64,000 nucleotides of DNA from IMG/VR virus record IMGVR_UViG_3300032299_001015, positions 20,402-84,401 of that record; one strand, written 5' to 3'. This stretch comes from a virus. Shown in pieces: positions 21,731-31,839 of this stretch. The position numbers and the translations under genes are program-made. The stretch's first letter is position 1; every line of letters begins with the position of its first letter. Under the pieces are notes generated by a model. That model saw only the letters and a program-made list of their open reading frames with translations, had not been told where the DNA came from and did not search any database.

Positions 21731-21752
21731 GACGCAGCAAAAATGCTGCGTC
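21731..21752 (-). terminator. intrinsic terminator after the tail tube gene
   Basis: GACGCAGCA-TTTT-TGCTGCGTC followed by TTTATCATTT. Confidence 0.75.
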
Positions 21753-21776
21753 CCTATCATAAACTGTATTAAATTA

Positions 21777-22550
21777 TTAGAAGATACGGTCAACAATCTT
21801 GCCGTATGCAGCGTTACCGTCAGGAGCCTGGTTATCGGTTGTGGTTGAGGGAAGAACGCGGAAGTTAACAGGGAATACAGTAGCATCGTCACGACGAACG
21901 CCAACACCGACTGCTTCAACAGAAACAGCGCGGTAAACCATGTAGATTCTTTCAGCCTTCTTGCCTGCACCAGCAGATTCAGCAACTGATGTGGGAGCAG
22001 AACCAACAAAGCACATAGAACGTTCTACAGGAGAAATACCTAGAGCGCCACCGTTAAGGTGGAGAAGGTTTTGAACCTGAGCCTGTGCTGAAGCGCCAGC
22101 AAATACTGCGCTTGCACCAGCAACGCCTAATGAACTTGCAGAACCGTCAGCGACAGCGATCTGGTTGTATGATGCGCCTGCGGAGGCAGTTTGGTAATCA
22201 CCTGTAGCACCGCCTGCACCACCAATAGCAACGTAAAGATTCTCAAGTGATGCTTCAGTCAAAGATGTAGCAACGCTAACTCTTTGCTGAGTCTTGAACA
22301 GACGAGCAGTATCAAGCAACTGGTCAACCATAACGTCATTGAAGGTAGGCTCAATGTTGAGTGTGACACCCTCCATGGTGAAACCAAGGTGGTACCAATC
22401 ACCACTGGGAATGGATGTAACGTTTTGGGGATCTTGTGCGGTTGCGGTAGCAGAAGATACATTGATTCTATTATTTTCTGAACCATTCTTGCCTACATAG
22501 ACAACGGCTGCACCAACGATAATATTCTTAGCATTAAAGTCTCTTGCCAT
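21777..22550 (-). CDS. major tail (tube) protein
   Basis: NIIVGAAVVY..LGFTMEGV..VDQLLD..TSLTEASLENL; strong SD; optimised codons. Confidence 0.88.
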   Translation of the reverse strand: MARDFNAKNIIVGAAVVYVGKNGSENNRINVSSATATAQDPQNVTSIPSGDWYHLGFTMEGVTLNIEPTFNDVMVDQLLDTARLFKTQQRVSVATSLTEASLENLYVAIGGAGGATGDYQTASAGASYNQIAVADGSASSLGVAGASAVFAGASAQAQVQNLLHLNGGALGISPVERSMCFVGSAPTSVAESAGAGKKAERIYMVYRAVSVEAVGVGVRRDDATVFPVNFRVLPSTTTDNQAPDGNAAYGKIVDRIF

Positions 22551-22617
22551 TTATTTTTCACCTCCTTGGAGCGATAATATATACGCTTCCTCGTTAATTA
22601 TACTATCATGTACAAGA

Positions 22618-23112
22618 TTATTTTGTATATTCGTAGCAGACTTTAAGGCAAGTGATAAATTTAGGTTGAAAACTATCTATCCTTCTTTCATCTGCTATAA
22701 AATTTTCTTGAAATACATTAATGTATTTAAATTTTGTTAGATATCCCTGCGAGGCTAGATGGTTATTTATATTTCTAGCACTTTCATCCCACCGTTCCAG
22801 TGATTCAACAATCCAGTTCTTGACATAAAATATTTGAGGAAGATCTCCTACAATAATATAATCTGCATCTTCTTTTTGCATAGGCCAAAATGTTCCTGAT
22901 CCTGGAACAAACATGTAGTCATAGAGAATGTATGGAAGAGTGGCTGAATCTGGAGCAAGATTCTCGCTCACTGGATAGAATGGTGTAAAAGAATAATTGT
23001 TAGTGTTCCAAACAGCACTTGCTATTGCTGGCTGACCAACAACATTTCCCTTTGCTAAATCCCATAAATAATTATTAATTAGAACTATAGGAAGTTCTGT
23101 ATAACTAGGCAT
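22618..23112 (-). CDS. tail terminator / completion protein (putative)
   Basis: Position before tail tube; PYILYDY motif. Confidence 0.55.
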   Translation of the reverse strand: MPSYTELPIVLINNYLWDLAKGNVVGQPAIASAVWNTNNYSFTPFYPVSENLAPDSATLPYILYDYMFVPGSGTFWPMQKEDADYIIVGDLPQIFYVKNWIVESLERWDESARNINNHLASQGYLTKFKYINVFQENFIADERRIDSFQPKFITCLKVCYEYTK

Positions 23113-23809
23113 AAATTGTTACCACTCCATCAGCAATGTTCATTGCGTCCATTTTACCACGCATAGAAGCATCTGTGACCATTCCAGAATTAATTCTAGG
23201 AATCATAAGTCGTCTTTTATTTATCATACCTTGCTCAATCTTTTTAAAGAATCCTAATCTATTAAGTATGACTGGACCTTGGCTGGCAATAAACCCTCTG
23301 AATGTTGATTCAAAACTTCCTCTGACCTGAGTGCCGCCAGGGTTATTAATAACTGATTTCTTTGAAGTTACAAACCTACCGTCTTCTAATTCATATCTTA
23401 AATATTCTGCTTTTTTAGGAGTAACAATAACTGTTTGTCCTGCCTCCATTATTTCGGCTTTGTTAGGGAAAGGAAAACCCTCTCTATTAGGCTCTTTGGC
23501 TGGAGTAAAGGAATAATTTATTATTGCTGAACCATCTGACGTATTAGAAATGACTGCATTAAATAATCTAGCAGAAGGATTTCCTGTTTTATCAAATTCA
23601 TATACATGGTGATAGGCTGATGGATTTTGCCTAGCCCTTGAGTCAATATACTGATTAAAATAATTTTTAATAAGTAGCGCAGCCCCACGATTTATTTTTT
23701 GTTTATTTATTGGGTTTACATAAAGACTTTGTAATAAAGTACCATCATATGTTGACAAGGCCAAAACTTTTTCAGAAAACTTTCCCGTATCGAATGCTTT
23801 GGTTGCCAT
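23105..23809 (-). CDS. neck / tail completion protein (putative)
   Basis: Head-tail gene order. Confidence 0.5.
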   Translation of the reverse strand: MATKAFDTGKFSEKVLALSTYDGTLLQSLYVNPINKQKINRGAALLIKNYFNQYIDSRARQNPSAYHHVYEFDKTGNPSARLFNAVISNTSDGSAIINYSFTPAKEPNREGFPFPNKAEIMEAGQTVIVTPKKAEYLRYELEDGRFVTSKKSVINNPGGTQVRGSFESTFRGFIASQGPVILNRLGFFKKIEQGMINKRRLMIPRINSGMVTDASMRGKMDAMNIADGVVTIYA

Positions 23810-24249
23810 TATATGAACCTTTGTATTTCTTGTCTCATAAGTACGGTTTCGTACTCAATTACTGACCCATCAAAATTAATAAGTGGAGTGCTTCCCCTGG
23901 GCTCAAATATCGTAGATTGATTGGGATATCTTTCTGATGATGGGTCTTGATTTTCTAGAAAAATTATTCCATCTTCATTTCTTACATTTGCAACTCGGCG
24001 GTCGTATGAAATGGGCGTCGTAGTTCTTAATTTAACCATTGAGTTTAATATATTTAAATAATTATTTACTTCTACAGCAGTGGAGTTTTCTCCAATTCCT
24101 TTACGAACGACTCCTCTTGCAACACAGTCAACAGTTCTTTCGTACGTCCAAACTTTTTGAACAATTCCAGAGTTAACATCTTGGGTGACGGAGGCAGAGT
24201 AAATATCTGCTTGCATAGTATAGGCTGTAGAAGTGATGCAATTAGCCAT
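23809..24249 (-). CDS. head closure (stopper) protein (putative)
   Basis: Position and size; beta-rich. Confidence 0.55.
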   Translation of the reverse strand: MANCITSTAYTMQADIYSASVTQDVNSGIVQKVWTYERTVDCVARGVVRKGIGENSTAVEVNNYLNILNSMVKLRTTTPISYDRRVANVRNEDGIIFLENQDPSSERYPNQSTIFEPRGSTPLINFDGSVIEYETVLMRQEIQRFI

Positions 24250-25164
24250 TTAAACCACCATATAACGTGCTTCTTTATATTTAGCGATAAGGTTATCAAC
24301 CACTAAATTGCCCGTCCCTGTGGAGAAGTCTGAGCCATACTTAATATTATAGGAGTCGTTAGACAGTTGGCTAATATTTTTATTACGAATGTTAAAATCA
24401 TTACAAAGATAGTCTTCTACCAATAATGCCGTTGCAAGTTCTATATCTGATGGAACATACTCCCATCCCCAAATTCCATCAATCTTGTAGGCAAAATCTT
24501 TTCTAAAAATTCCCTCGTAATAGAAAACTGAGAACTTAGGGAATTCAAGAATTTCTTTATTATTTGTTGAAGAGTTAACAATTTTAATTCTTGTTTTTGA
24601 ACTGTCAATTTCCAAGGGGAAATCTAATTGATAATCTGGGTTATCTTTTTCATAAACAATTAGATCATCTTCATATATTTTATCAATTCTTTGAATAGGA
24701 ATTGGAGTGGTAATAATATCTGCGTTCTGCCCAAAAACTGTCAATGTTCTTTTTTCTTTATAAAAATTATCACCAATGTATGAATTTAAACTCAAGCGTG
24801 CCTTCTTCTCTAACTGTCTCAAAAGATTAGTATTGGCTGACGCAGAACTTGGGATATCTGCAAGTTCTATAATTCTATTCGGTGTTGCGTATGGTCTAAC
24901 TAGAGCAAGATATTGTATTTCTGAAAATGCTCCACCTTGACTTGTAGTAACAAATTCAATTTTTATATTTCTATCATATTCTGTAGTATCTTTATTAAGA
25001 CTAATCGTGTAATTAAAAGATGCTGTTGGCCCCGCCCCTTTGCCACCTTGTAGGTATTCATTCGTATCAAGGTCATAGACTTCATAGAAAACATTGGTAG
25101 CATATGAACTAGCAGTATAAATAAAATTATACGCAGCGCCGTCCTGTCTTAAAAGTTCTTTCAT
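24250..25164 (-). CDS. head-tail adaptor
   Basis: PYATP..GWEYVPSDIELATALLV..GNLVVDNLIAKY; follows MCP. Confidence 0.7.
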   Translation of the reverse strand: MKELLRQDGAAYNFIYTASSYATNVFYEVYDLDTNEYLQGGKGAGPTASFNYTISLNKDTTEYDRNIKIEFVTTSQGGAFSEIQYLALVRPYATPNRIIELADIPSSASANTNLLRQLEKKARLSLNSYIGDNFYKEKRTLTVFGQNADIITTPIPIQRIDKIYEDDLIVYEKDNPDYQLDFPLEIDSSKTRIKIVNSSTNNKEILEFPKFSVFYYEGIFRKDFAYKIDGIWGWEYVPSDIELATALLVEDYLCNDFNIRNKNISQLSNDSYNIKYGSDFSTGTGNLVVDNLIAKYKEARYMVV

Positions 25165-25219
25165 GTAACACCGCCGTTATTAGATTAATTATATTTTACT
25201 ATATTTTGGAATATGGAAA

Positions 25220-25241
25220 GGGGGCCGCTTGCGCGACCCCC
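25220..25241 (-). terminator. intrinsic terminator after major capsid gene
   Basis: GGGGGTCGC-GCAA-GCGGCCCCC (GNRA loop) then TTT. Confidence 0.75.
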
Positions 25242-25262
25242 AAACCAAAAGATATTTAATTA

Positions 25263-26381
25263 TCAGCCAGTTACGGCGTTAGCCTTAGCCATTGCAGAAA
25301 GTTCTTCAATGTTAAGACCCATGCGGACGTAAACTGTGTACTCTACGGTGTCTTTCTTTGGCTTGAACTCACGGTGAACCGTAACGTCTCTCTGGAAGCC
25401 CCAGATTCTGTTTTGGGGGAATGTGAGATCAACGTAGTGATCTGGGTATAGTGGAACTTCCATTACGGGAATACCGTAAATAGAAGTTGTCATACCAGCA
25501 GGACCGCCTACGCGAGGGGGAGTACCACGAAGGATGCCAGAAGCGATATCCTCAGGTACACCACCTGAACCAATCTGACGGAGATCCGTAAGAAGGGTTT
25601 GAACGTTCTTTGTTGAAGCATAGAACTTCAATTCGCCACGACGAGCCTTGTACTTACGACCAAGGCTGTTGTAGAGATTCTCAAAGAAGGCAATTGCAGA
25701 ACCTGACTTCAGTTGACCTGCGGTGGTTGCTGCGGTGAAGAATGTGGATGCTGTGGTAACAGTTGCTGCGGTACCAAAGTGAGTACCACCAGCAGCGCCG
25801 TCAGCGAGTGCAACGAAACCATTAATTGTGTATGGGTAAGTTGTACCAGCGTAGGATGCAGTTCCCTGAGCAGCAAGACCGTTGATGGCAATATCTTCAA
25901 GATCGTTACCAAATTGACTAGCCATTAGGCGGACAATGTGATCTTCAAGAGCGGAGCCTTCAATGTTATCCTCAAGTGCCTCAGTTGAGAGTTCGTAGTC
26001 CAAGCGGAACTTAGTGGTGACGATTTCGACCTTGGTGAATTGGGCACCACGGTTTGCGTAACTTACTGTGCCTGCACCAGCATCAAGAATGTTATCACTT
26101 GCTTGTGATGCTCTGCGGATCAAACGTGTACCGACCTGAATCTTATCAAATTCGGCAGTATTTGAACGCATGACTTGTCTACGACCGTCATTACCTAGAA
26201 CCATTTGATCAAACACATAGTCTAGGAACTGACGGGATTGTTCTGGAAGTAGCACGCCACCGTTCTGAGTTAGTGGGTTAGTGGTCAAGTTCTCCATATC
26301 ACCGCTTGAAGCGAGATCTGAGATGATTGCACCAGTACCAACGTTTACAGCGGCAGCGGCTTTATTAATAATGTCACTCAT
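25263..26381 (-). CDS. major capsid protein (HK97 fold)
   Basis: GGVLLPEQSRQFLDY..ELSTEALEDNIEG..GNDLEDIAING..PQNRIWGFQRDVTV. Confidence 0.92.
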   Translation of the reverse strand: MSDIINKAAAAVNVGTGAIISDLASSGDMENLTTNPLTQNGGVLLPEQSRQFLDYVFDQMVLGNDGRRQVMRSNTAEFDKIQVGTRLIRRASQASDNILDAGAGTVSYANRGAQFTKVEIVTTKFRLDYELSTEALEDNIEGSALEDHIVRLMASQFGNDLEDIAINGLAAQGTASYAGTTYPYTINGFVALADGAAGGTHFGTAATVTTASTFFTAATTAGQLKSGSAIAFFENLYNSLGRKYKARRGELKFYASTKNVQTLLTDLRQIGSGGVPEDIASGILRGTPPRVGGPAGMTTSIYGIPVMEVPLYPDHYVDLTFPQNRIWGFQRDVTVHREFKPKKDTVEYTVYVRMGLNIEELSAMAKANAVTG

Positions 26382-26413
26382 GCTTTTCTTTACACCTCTC
26401 TTTCTTATTTTAA

Positions 26414-28654
26414 TTAGTTAAATAATTCTGCGGAACTGAGGAAGCGTCCGCCCCATAATGATTTCTTCATTACGGGTTGCTCTGGGATACTGGATTCCAG
26501 TTCACCAGACTTCTTCATGGCCGTCTCTTCCTCAACGGACTCTACGCGGGTAGCGATTTCAGTCGCGGCGGAATTGAGATCGGATAAACTTTTGGTAACC
26601 TCTTCATACTTGGCTTGTAGTTGTCCAATTTTTTCATCGACTGCTTTAGCAAGTTCGACTACTGCACTGGAAATCTTGTCAAGTGATTCAGTATTTGTTT
26701 CAGTGGACTTGGTAATTGTCTCTTCTACGAAGGACTTAACCTCGCCAAGGGCCTTTTCCATATCGAAAACGTCAGAGGTGGTGTCCTCGGAAACTTCAGC
26801 CTCAACACCATCGGACTTAGCCATTGCAAGGGCTTCCGTAACTACGTCCTCTACAGTTTCTTCTACCTCAAACGTAACTTCTTCAGAAGCCTCGTTTGCA
26901 GCCTCGGCGGTGTCAAGTTCTTCATGGCTTGTATTTTCAGCCATTTCAACACCTCCTTCTCTTTTTTGTACAGTCAAACTGTTTTCCTCTATTTCGTCTG
27001 ACTTTTCCGTTGACAATGGGTGACCCTTTGGCAACAAATCTGTGTCATATGGTCTATTCTTGAATTTCCCTGTTCTTACCGCCTGCAAGAAAGCATTTAC
27101 TCTTGCATACGCCCATTGTTCAGGGGAGTACTCATTTGATTTATTCATCATGGGATTGCTTTTAAATGCAGCAACCCCTCTTTCAAAAACCTGACGAATG
27201 GCATCAAACGTGACACTCTTAAAAATAACATTACCATATTTTTCATTATGCTGAGAAACTAAGGCATTTAGATGTTCTTCATCTTCTGCCGCAAGTGATT
27301 TAATAACTACTTTACTGGCTACCTTAATTTTTGTTAAGTCTGAAATATTTTTTGTTACTAGTGTATCTGTCGGACGGAATTTGTTGTCTGACTCATTGTT
27401 ATACACTCTTACTGCCGCCATAGTATTTTCTAATACATCGACACGACCCTTTACTAATTTATTATTTTCTGTAAAGGCAACATAGTCTCCAGAAACAATA
27501 TCTCCTGCTTCTTTCTTGTATTTAATCTTTTTCTTTTTAGATGGACGGGGGATACCACTAGGAAGACCCTGTTGGGCATTACGATTAGGAGTTACTTCAT
27601 TAGTAACAGTTTCTTTTCTTACGCCCTCATCATCCATATCATCTTCTACATCATCTTCCATGTCTTCATGATGCATTTTATCAAGGGAGGATATTCTTCT
27701 AAGAGTACTCATTTTGTGACCGACGCGAGTGTCTGATGCCGCCCAGCCTTCTGCACCTTTACGATAAACTCTAATAAGTACCGCTGGATCTCCCTCTTCT
27801 GCATTAATAGTAAAATCTGAGTCGGGGACATTAATGGAGCCAGAACGGGCAATTCTTTCTACTTTACCTCTAGCCGTTCCGCCGCTTGAATTCCATGAAA
27901 CAAAGTCTCCTACACTTAAAGATTCTGCTTTAATGAGGGCATCAACAAGTTTACCCATCTCTTGATTTTTATTAACGTCTGATGATTCTACCCAACCAAT
28001 TTCAATCATTTCTGACTTACATACTGGACATTTGAATGTGTCTGATTTTTCAGTTAATGCAATTTTATCTGTGCTGCACCAGAATACATTTTCAGTAGAG
28101 AATTCAGTAGCAATGCCTGAGGTGATAAGTTCATCCCCAAGTTTTTGAATAGAAAGAATATTAGCAAATTGATTGGCGGGGGAATCGACTAAGGATAGTT
28201 CCATAAGTTCGTATTCTTTTACAACTCTTACCCCTGGATATTCTTTACCGTCATCCATTTTTGTTTCGTAGTCTACAATTCTGCCACCGATTGAAAATCC
28301 TGTAAGTGTGCCGTCTAGAACCATTTGCCAGATATTTTCAGCACCTTTAGAAATATATGCATCAACAAAGATTCCGCTGTACATTTTTCCAGATTCCTTG
28401 TCATAGAAAGTATTCTCTCTAAATGAAACCACTTTTCCAGCAGGAATTGGTTGGTGCATTAAACGCACATTTCCTCGGAAATTTTCAAATGCTTTACGAG
28501 AAGCCTCTGTTAATAAAACATCACCCTGGCGATCTACATTGTCCAGGGTGGCAAATCCACTAACTATTCTACGCTCTTCATCGATTTTAGCGATGGGCAT
28601 AGTGAGACGAACATTGTCTCCGTCTACGTCAAAATGTGCTTTATTAATAATCAT
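26414..28654 (-). CDS. prohead protease fused to accessory domains and C-terminal scaffold
   Basis: SGFAT.DNVDRQGD..MHQ..GFSIGG..ELSLVDSPANQ protease motifs; acidic coiled-coil C-terminus. Confidence 0.9.
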   Translation of the reverse strand: MIINKAHFDVDGDNVRLTMPIAKIDEERRIVSGFATLDNVDRQGDVLLTEASRKAFENFRGNVRLMHQPIPAGKVVSFRENTFYDKESGKMYSGIFVDAYISKGAENIWQMVLDGTLTGFSIGGRIVDYETKMDDGKEYPGVRVVKEYELMELSLVDSPANQFANILSIQKLGDELITSGIATEFSTENVFWCSTDKIALTEKSDTFKCPVCKSEMIEIGWVESSDVNKNQEMGKLVDALIKAESLSVGDFVSWNSSGGTARGKVERIARSGSINVPDSDFTINAEEGDPAVLIRVYRKGAEGWAASDTRVGHKMSTLRRISSLDKMHHEDMEDDVEDDMDDEGVRKETVTNEVTPNRNAQQGLPSGIPRPSKKKKIKYKKEAGDIVSGDYVAFTENNKLVKGRVDVLENTMAAVRVYNNESDNKFRPTDTLVTKNISDLTKIKVASKVVIKSLAAEDEEHLNALVSQHNEKYGNVIFKSVTFDAIRQVFERGVAAFKSNPMMNKSNEYSPEQWAYARVNAFLQAVRTGKFKNRPYDTDLLPKGHPLSTEKSDEIEENSLTVQKREGGVEMAENTSHEELDTAEAANEASEEVTFEVEETVEDVVTEALAMAKSDGVEAEVSEDTTSDVFDMEKALGEVKSFVEETITKSTETNTESLDKISSAVVELAKAVDEKIGQLQAKYEEVTKSLSDLNSAATEIATRVESVEEETAMKKSGELESSIPEQPVMKKSLWGGRFLSSAELFN

Positions 28655-28684
28655 AACAATTAAATTATATTATATATAGTCTTA

Positions 28685-30310
28685 TTAATTTTGCTGCCTA
28701 CCTTCTCCTTGTGTCGCCCGTCCTGTTTCATCTATGTCTGGGGCGTTAGAAGATCTATTTTGGTCTCTTACTCTATTGCGAGTTGTCTGAGCCGTTTGCT
28801 CTGCTCTTTGTTGAGCATTAAGAACAACTGGCTCATCACCACTAGGAAGTGTAGACATTCCTAGTCTTTCTCTTACTTCATTGGGAACAATTACTTGCAT
28901 TCTCAAATAGCGCTCGTCAATCTTAGATCTAGTTTCTTCATCAGTAAGAGTAAGTTCATTAAATTCAAATTTGAATGCGTCTGTTTTTTCAGCAATGATC
29001 CTATTGATTTTCTTTTCAAGGGCATCCTGTGCTGGGCGACATACTTGCTCCTTGAATGTTCTATCTGATTCTCTTGCTGCCGCCAAACCAATACCGTCCG
29101 TAGCACCAACCTTTGAGGCAGGAACGCGGTGAGCCATAAGGATTTCATCCTTATTCATCTTCTTATAGTTATTGAATGATGAGTCTTGAATATTAGTTTC
29201 AATTGGCTCCATCTTCATTTCTACCTTATTATCTGGTGTATCTCCAGGGATAGGAATGATAGCGGTTCTATGGGACTGTCCGCGCAGATTACCTTGAAAA
29301 AATTCAAATAATCTTTCTTCCGCTGCGCGGCTCATCTTTGCACCCTTAAGCCAGAAAATATAGCGGGGGACAGCCTTGTTCTCAAAATACTCTAGATTAA
29401 AGCGAGAGGCAAATTCATTTCCTGCCATTGCATTCTTTGCCGCCACAATTGCAGGTAGTCCATAGTAAGTATTTGTTGGAGTGTAATTCTTAATATGAAT
29501 TATTTCGTTTGGTCTAGGGTCGGTGGTAATAGGATTCTTTTCTTCACCTTGGAAATTACGGAAGAATACAGCCTTACCGTTAACAATTTGAACAAATCCG
29601 TCACGGAGGCGACGTACTCTCATCGTAGGAGCAGGGATATGACCAATGTAACCAATTTCTCCAGTTGTCTTTCTACCTATTTCAATGTACCCGTTTCCTG
29701 TTGATTCAGCATCAATATAGGCTTTCATAAGTGTCATAGTAAAGGTATCATCGTCATTTCTTGTTTCTAGCCAGTCAACAATGCGGTGCTTTTGACGAGC
29801 AAGGTTTCTTCTTACTCTCCCAAGTTCTTCTTCACTACTAATAGACTCAAGTCTCTCCATAACGTTAATTGTTGGAACAAGATCGTACCCAAGTCCAACA
29901 ATATTTGCTACTTTAGCGTTGATGGCTGAATAGTTTGCAGCGGAAAGTTCATAAATTTTAGCAAGTGCCGCCTGATTGTAAAGAGGCTCAACAACATCAA
30001 AGATGCCGTAACCGTACTTATCTGGAATGATTTGCTTAGAGGTAGCCCCATCACCAGAGTACATATTGTCTTCAGCGGTTACTATTTCTCCGCCAGCAGT
30101 AATTAATGACTTGCTAATTTTTCTACGAGCAGAACGCTTAAAGTTTTGAGAGAGTCCGTTTAACGACAAAATATCGTCAGCATCCTGACGAAAGTCATCT
30201 TTTTCTGAAGCAATAAAGGATTCTTGACCTATAGACTTGCTAAGGTTTACTTCATTGATCCAAAGATCTTCTGGTTCTTGCTGCATCTTTCCATGCTCCC
30301 GTATCTCCAT
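28685..30310 (-). CDS. portal protein
   Basis: TGNGYIEIGR..EIIHIKNY..YYGLP..FENKAVP..EILMAHRVP..PNEVRERLG. Confidence 0.92.
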   Translation of the reverse strand: MEIREHGKMQQEPEDLWINEVNLSKSIGQESFIASEKDDFRQDADDILSLNGLSQNFKRSARRKISKSLITAGGEIVTAEDNMYSGDGATSKQIIPDKYGYGIFDVVEPLYNQAALAKIYELSAANYSAINAKVANIVGLGYDLVPTINVMERLESISSEEELGRVRRNLARQKHRIVDWLETRNDDDTFTMTLMKAYIDAESTGNGYIEIGRKTTGEIGYIGHIPAPTMRVRRLRDGFVQIVNGKAVFFRNFQGEEKNPITTDPRPNEIIHIKNYTPTNTYYGLPAIVAAKNAMAGNEFASRFNLEYFENKAVPRYIFWLKGAKMSRAAEERLFEFFQGNLRGQSHRTAIIPIPGDTPDNKVEMKMEPIETNIQDSSFNNYKKMNKDEILMAHRVPASKVGATDGIGLAAARESDRTFKEQVCRPAQDALEKKINRIIAEKTDAFKFEFNELTLTDEETRSKIDERYLRMQVIVPNEVRERLGMSTLPSGDEPVVLNAQQRAEQTAQTTRNRVRDQNRSSNAPDIDETGRATQGEGRQQN

Positions 30311-30578
30311 AAGATAGAAGGCCGTTTTCCATTCTATACTTGTCTTCTTGGTATTCTTCTTCTGTTACCCGACCAATTCCAGGAATGAATACTGCTTGTC
30401 CTTCTGGCTGTCCATAATGAGCGGCGGCTTTACGAATTTCCGCCATCTTTGTGATATCTCCTCTTTCAGAAGGAATATTAAGAACGTTGTTATCATCATC
30501 CTTAAAGACTCCGCCTTCTGGCAGAAGCCATACATATATACCGTAACTGCTCTTATCTCTTACTACTTGTAGTCCCAT
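30252..30578 (-). CDS. hypothetical protein upstream of portal
   Basis: ORF preceded by TG-A-TATTAT. Confidence 0.65.
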   Translation of the reverse strand: MGLQVVRDKSSYGIYVWLLPEGGVFKDDDNNVLNIPSERGDITKMAEIRKAAAHYGQPEGQAVFIPGIGRVTEEEYQEDKYRMENGLLSYGDTGAWKDAARTRRSLDQ

Positions 30579-30596
30579 GTACCTGATAATATCATA

Positions 30597-31445
30597 TTAA
30601 GTGTTATTTGGCTGTATTCTGTTCACATATGAAGCAATTTTTACCCTAGCAGGGCTAATTGTGAACGACGCACTAGACTTTGCAAAGAATGTATTTGACA
30701 AATACTGACCATAGAGAACTTTAAATATATCTCCAACAGATGCACTTACTATAGATAAATTAGATGATGCTGTAAGTTCATACACCTGATTATCTGCTAG
30801 AGATAAAACTTTAGACCCTGGAATTAGTCCAACGGTGTCTACATAAAGATTATCATTAGTCATCAAAGACGCTGAAACAAATCTAGATAGACTGTCTTCC
30901 GTCGCTGCGTATAGATCAAAGGCGTACCTATTTTGATTCTTCAATGGCTGATAGATGACATTTGTTGATGCTGAAATAAAATTAGTTTCTATCGCATCAG
31001 TAATATTAAAAGAATAAGATGCTGAGTCAGATACACGGACCTTCATGCTGGTCCCGCCCGTAAATTCTTCATGTAAGAACGCAGCGGCAGAGGAACTAAA
31101 TGAATTATCTAAAATATAAACATTTTGTAGGTTGAAATTACTTGAACCAGAATGACCAAATCTAATAAGGAAATTATTATTGTCATAGGTCCATAACTTA
31201 TTGTCAAAGGATAATGTCAAGTGCGCCCATTGTTGGGACGGCAGAACTGATGCAGTATATCCATTGACATATATAGATGTTGAGGCGGTATTGATTCTTA
31301 CCGATCCGTTCAAATTATTGACACTTGCAGAAAATAGCAATTCAGAAGCGGCGGAGGAAGAAAAAATTTCCAATAACTTATACGTCTTATTTTCACTATC
31401 ATTAAGACGTATAAAAGCACCGACTGATCCTAAATATTTAAGCAT
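30597..31445 (-). CDS. putative virion protein (LamG-like fragment), SAS/TAS-rich
   Basis: IYVNG..QWAHLTLSF; nine [ST]AS motifs. Confidence 0.55.
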   Translation of the reverse strand: MLKYLGSVGAFIRLNDSENKTYKLLEIFSSSAASELLFSASVNNLNGSVRINTASTSIYVNGYTASVLPSQQWAHLTLSFDNKLWTYDNNNFLIRFGHSGSSNFNLQNVYILDNSFSSSAAAFLHEEFTGGTSMKVRVSDSASYSFNITDAIETNFISASTNVIYQPLKNQNRYAFDLYAATEDSLSRFVSASLMTNDNLYVDTVGLIPGSKVLSLADNQVYELTASSNLSIVSASVGDIFKVLYGQYLSNTFFAKSSASFTISPARVKIASYVNRIQPNNT

Positions 31446-31458
31446 ACTTAATTATAGA

Positions 31459-31839
31459 TCAATTCCAGTCAATATCTGATCCAGACTTAGCATATGATTT
31501 TGATGATAGTAATAGGTCTTTACCAATATGTTGAGCCTTTACCTCAAAAGAATATTTTCTTTCCCCGCTATTTGTATCTATCCATGAAGTTTCTTTAATA
31601 ACTCCATTAACAATTACTTGCTCCCCGCGATTAAATTCACCAGCAATATTTTCTGCCAGCCGATCCCAAGCAGTAATATTCCAGCCAGATGTATCATGGT
31701 CTTCCCACTCACCAAAGGCATTCTTACGGCGGTCATTAGTAATTAGTCTAAATCTTGCTACTGACGTTCCACTCGGCAGAGTCTTAAACTCTACATCATT
31801 TGCCACTCTACCAATTAAAGTAATATTAGGGTTAGACAT
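31459..31839 (-). CDS. ssb: single-stranded DNA-binding protein
   Basis: ITLIGRVAND..TLPSGTSVARFRL..AWDRLAENI..GEQVIVNG; acidic/aromatic tail. Confidence 0.9.
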   Translation of the reverse strand: MSNPNITLIGRVANDVEFKTLPSGTSVARFRLITNDRRKNAFGEWEDHDTSGWNITAWDRLAENIAGEFNRGEQVIVNGVIKETSWIDTNSGERKYSFEVKAQHIGKDLLLSSKSYAKSGSDIDWN

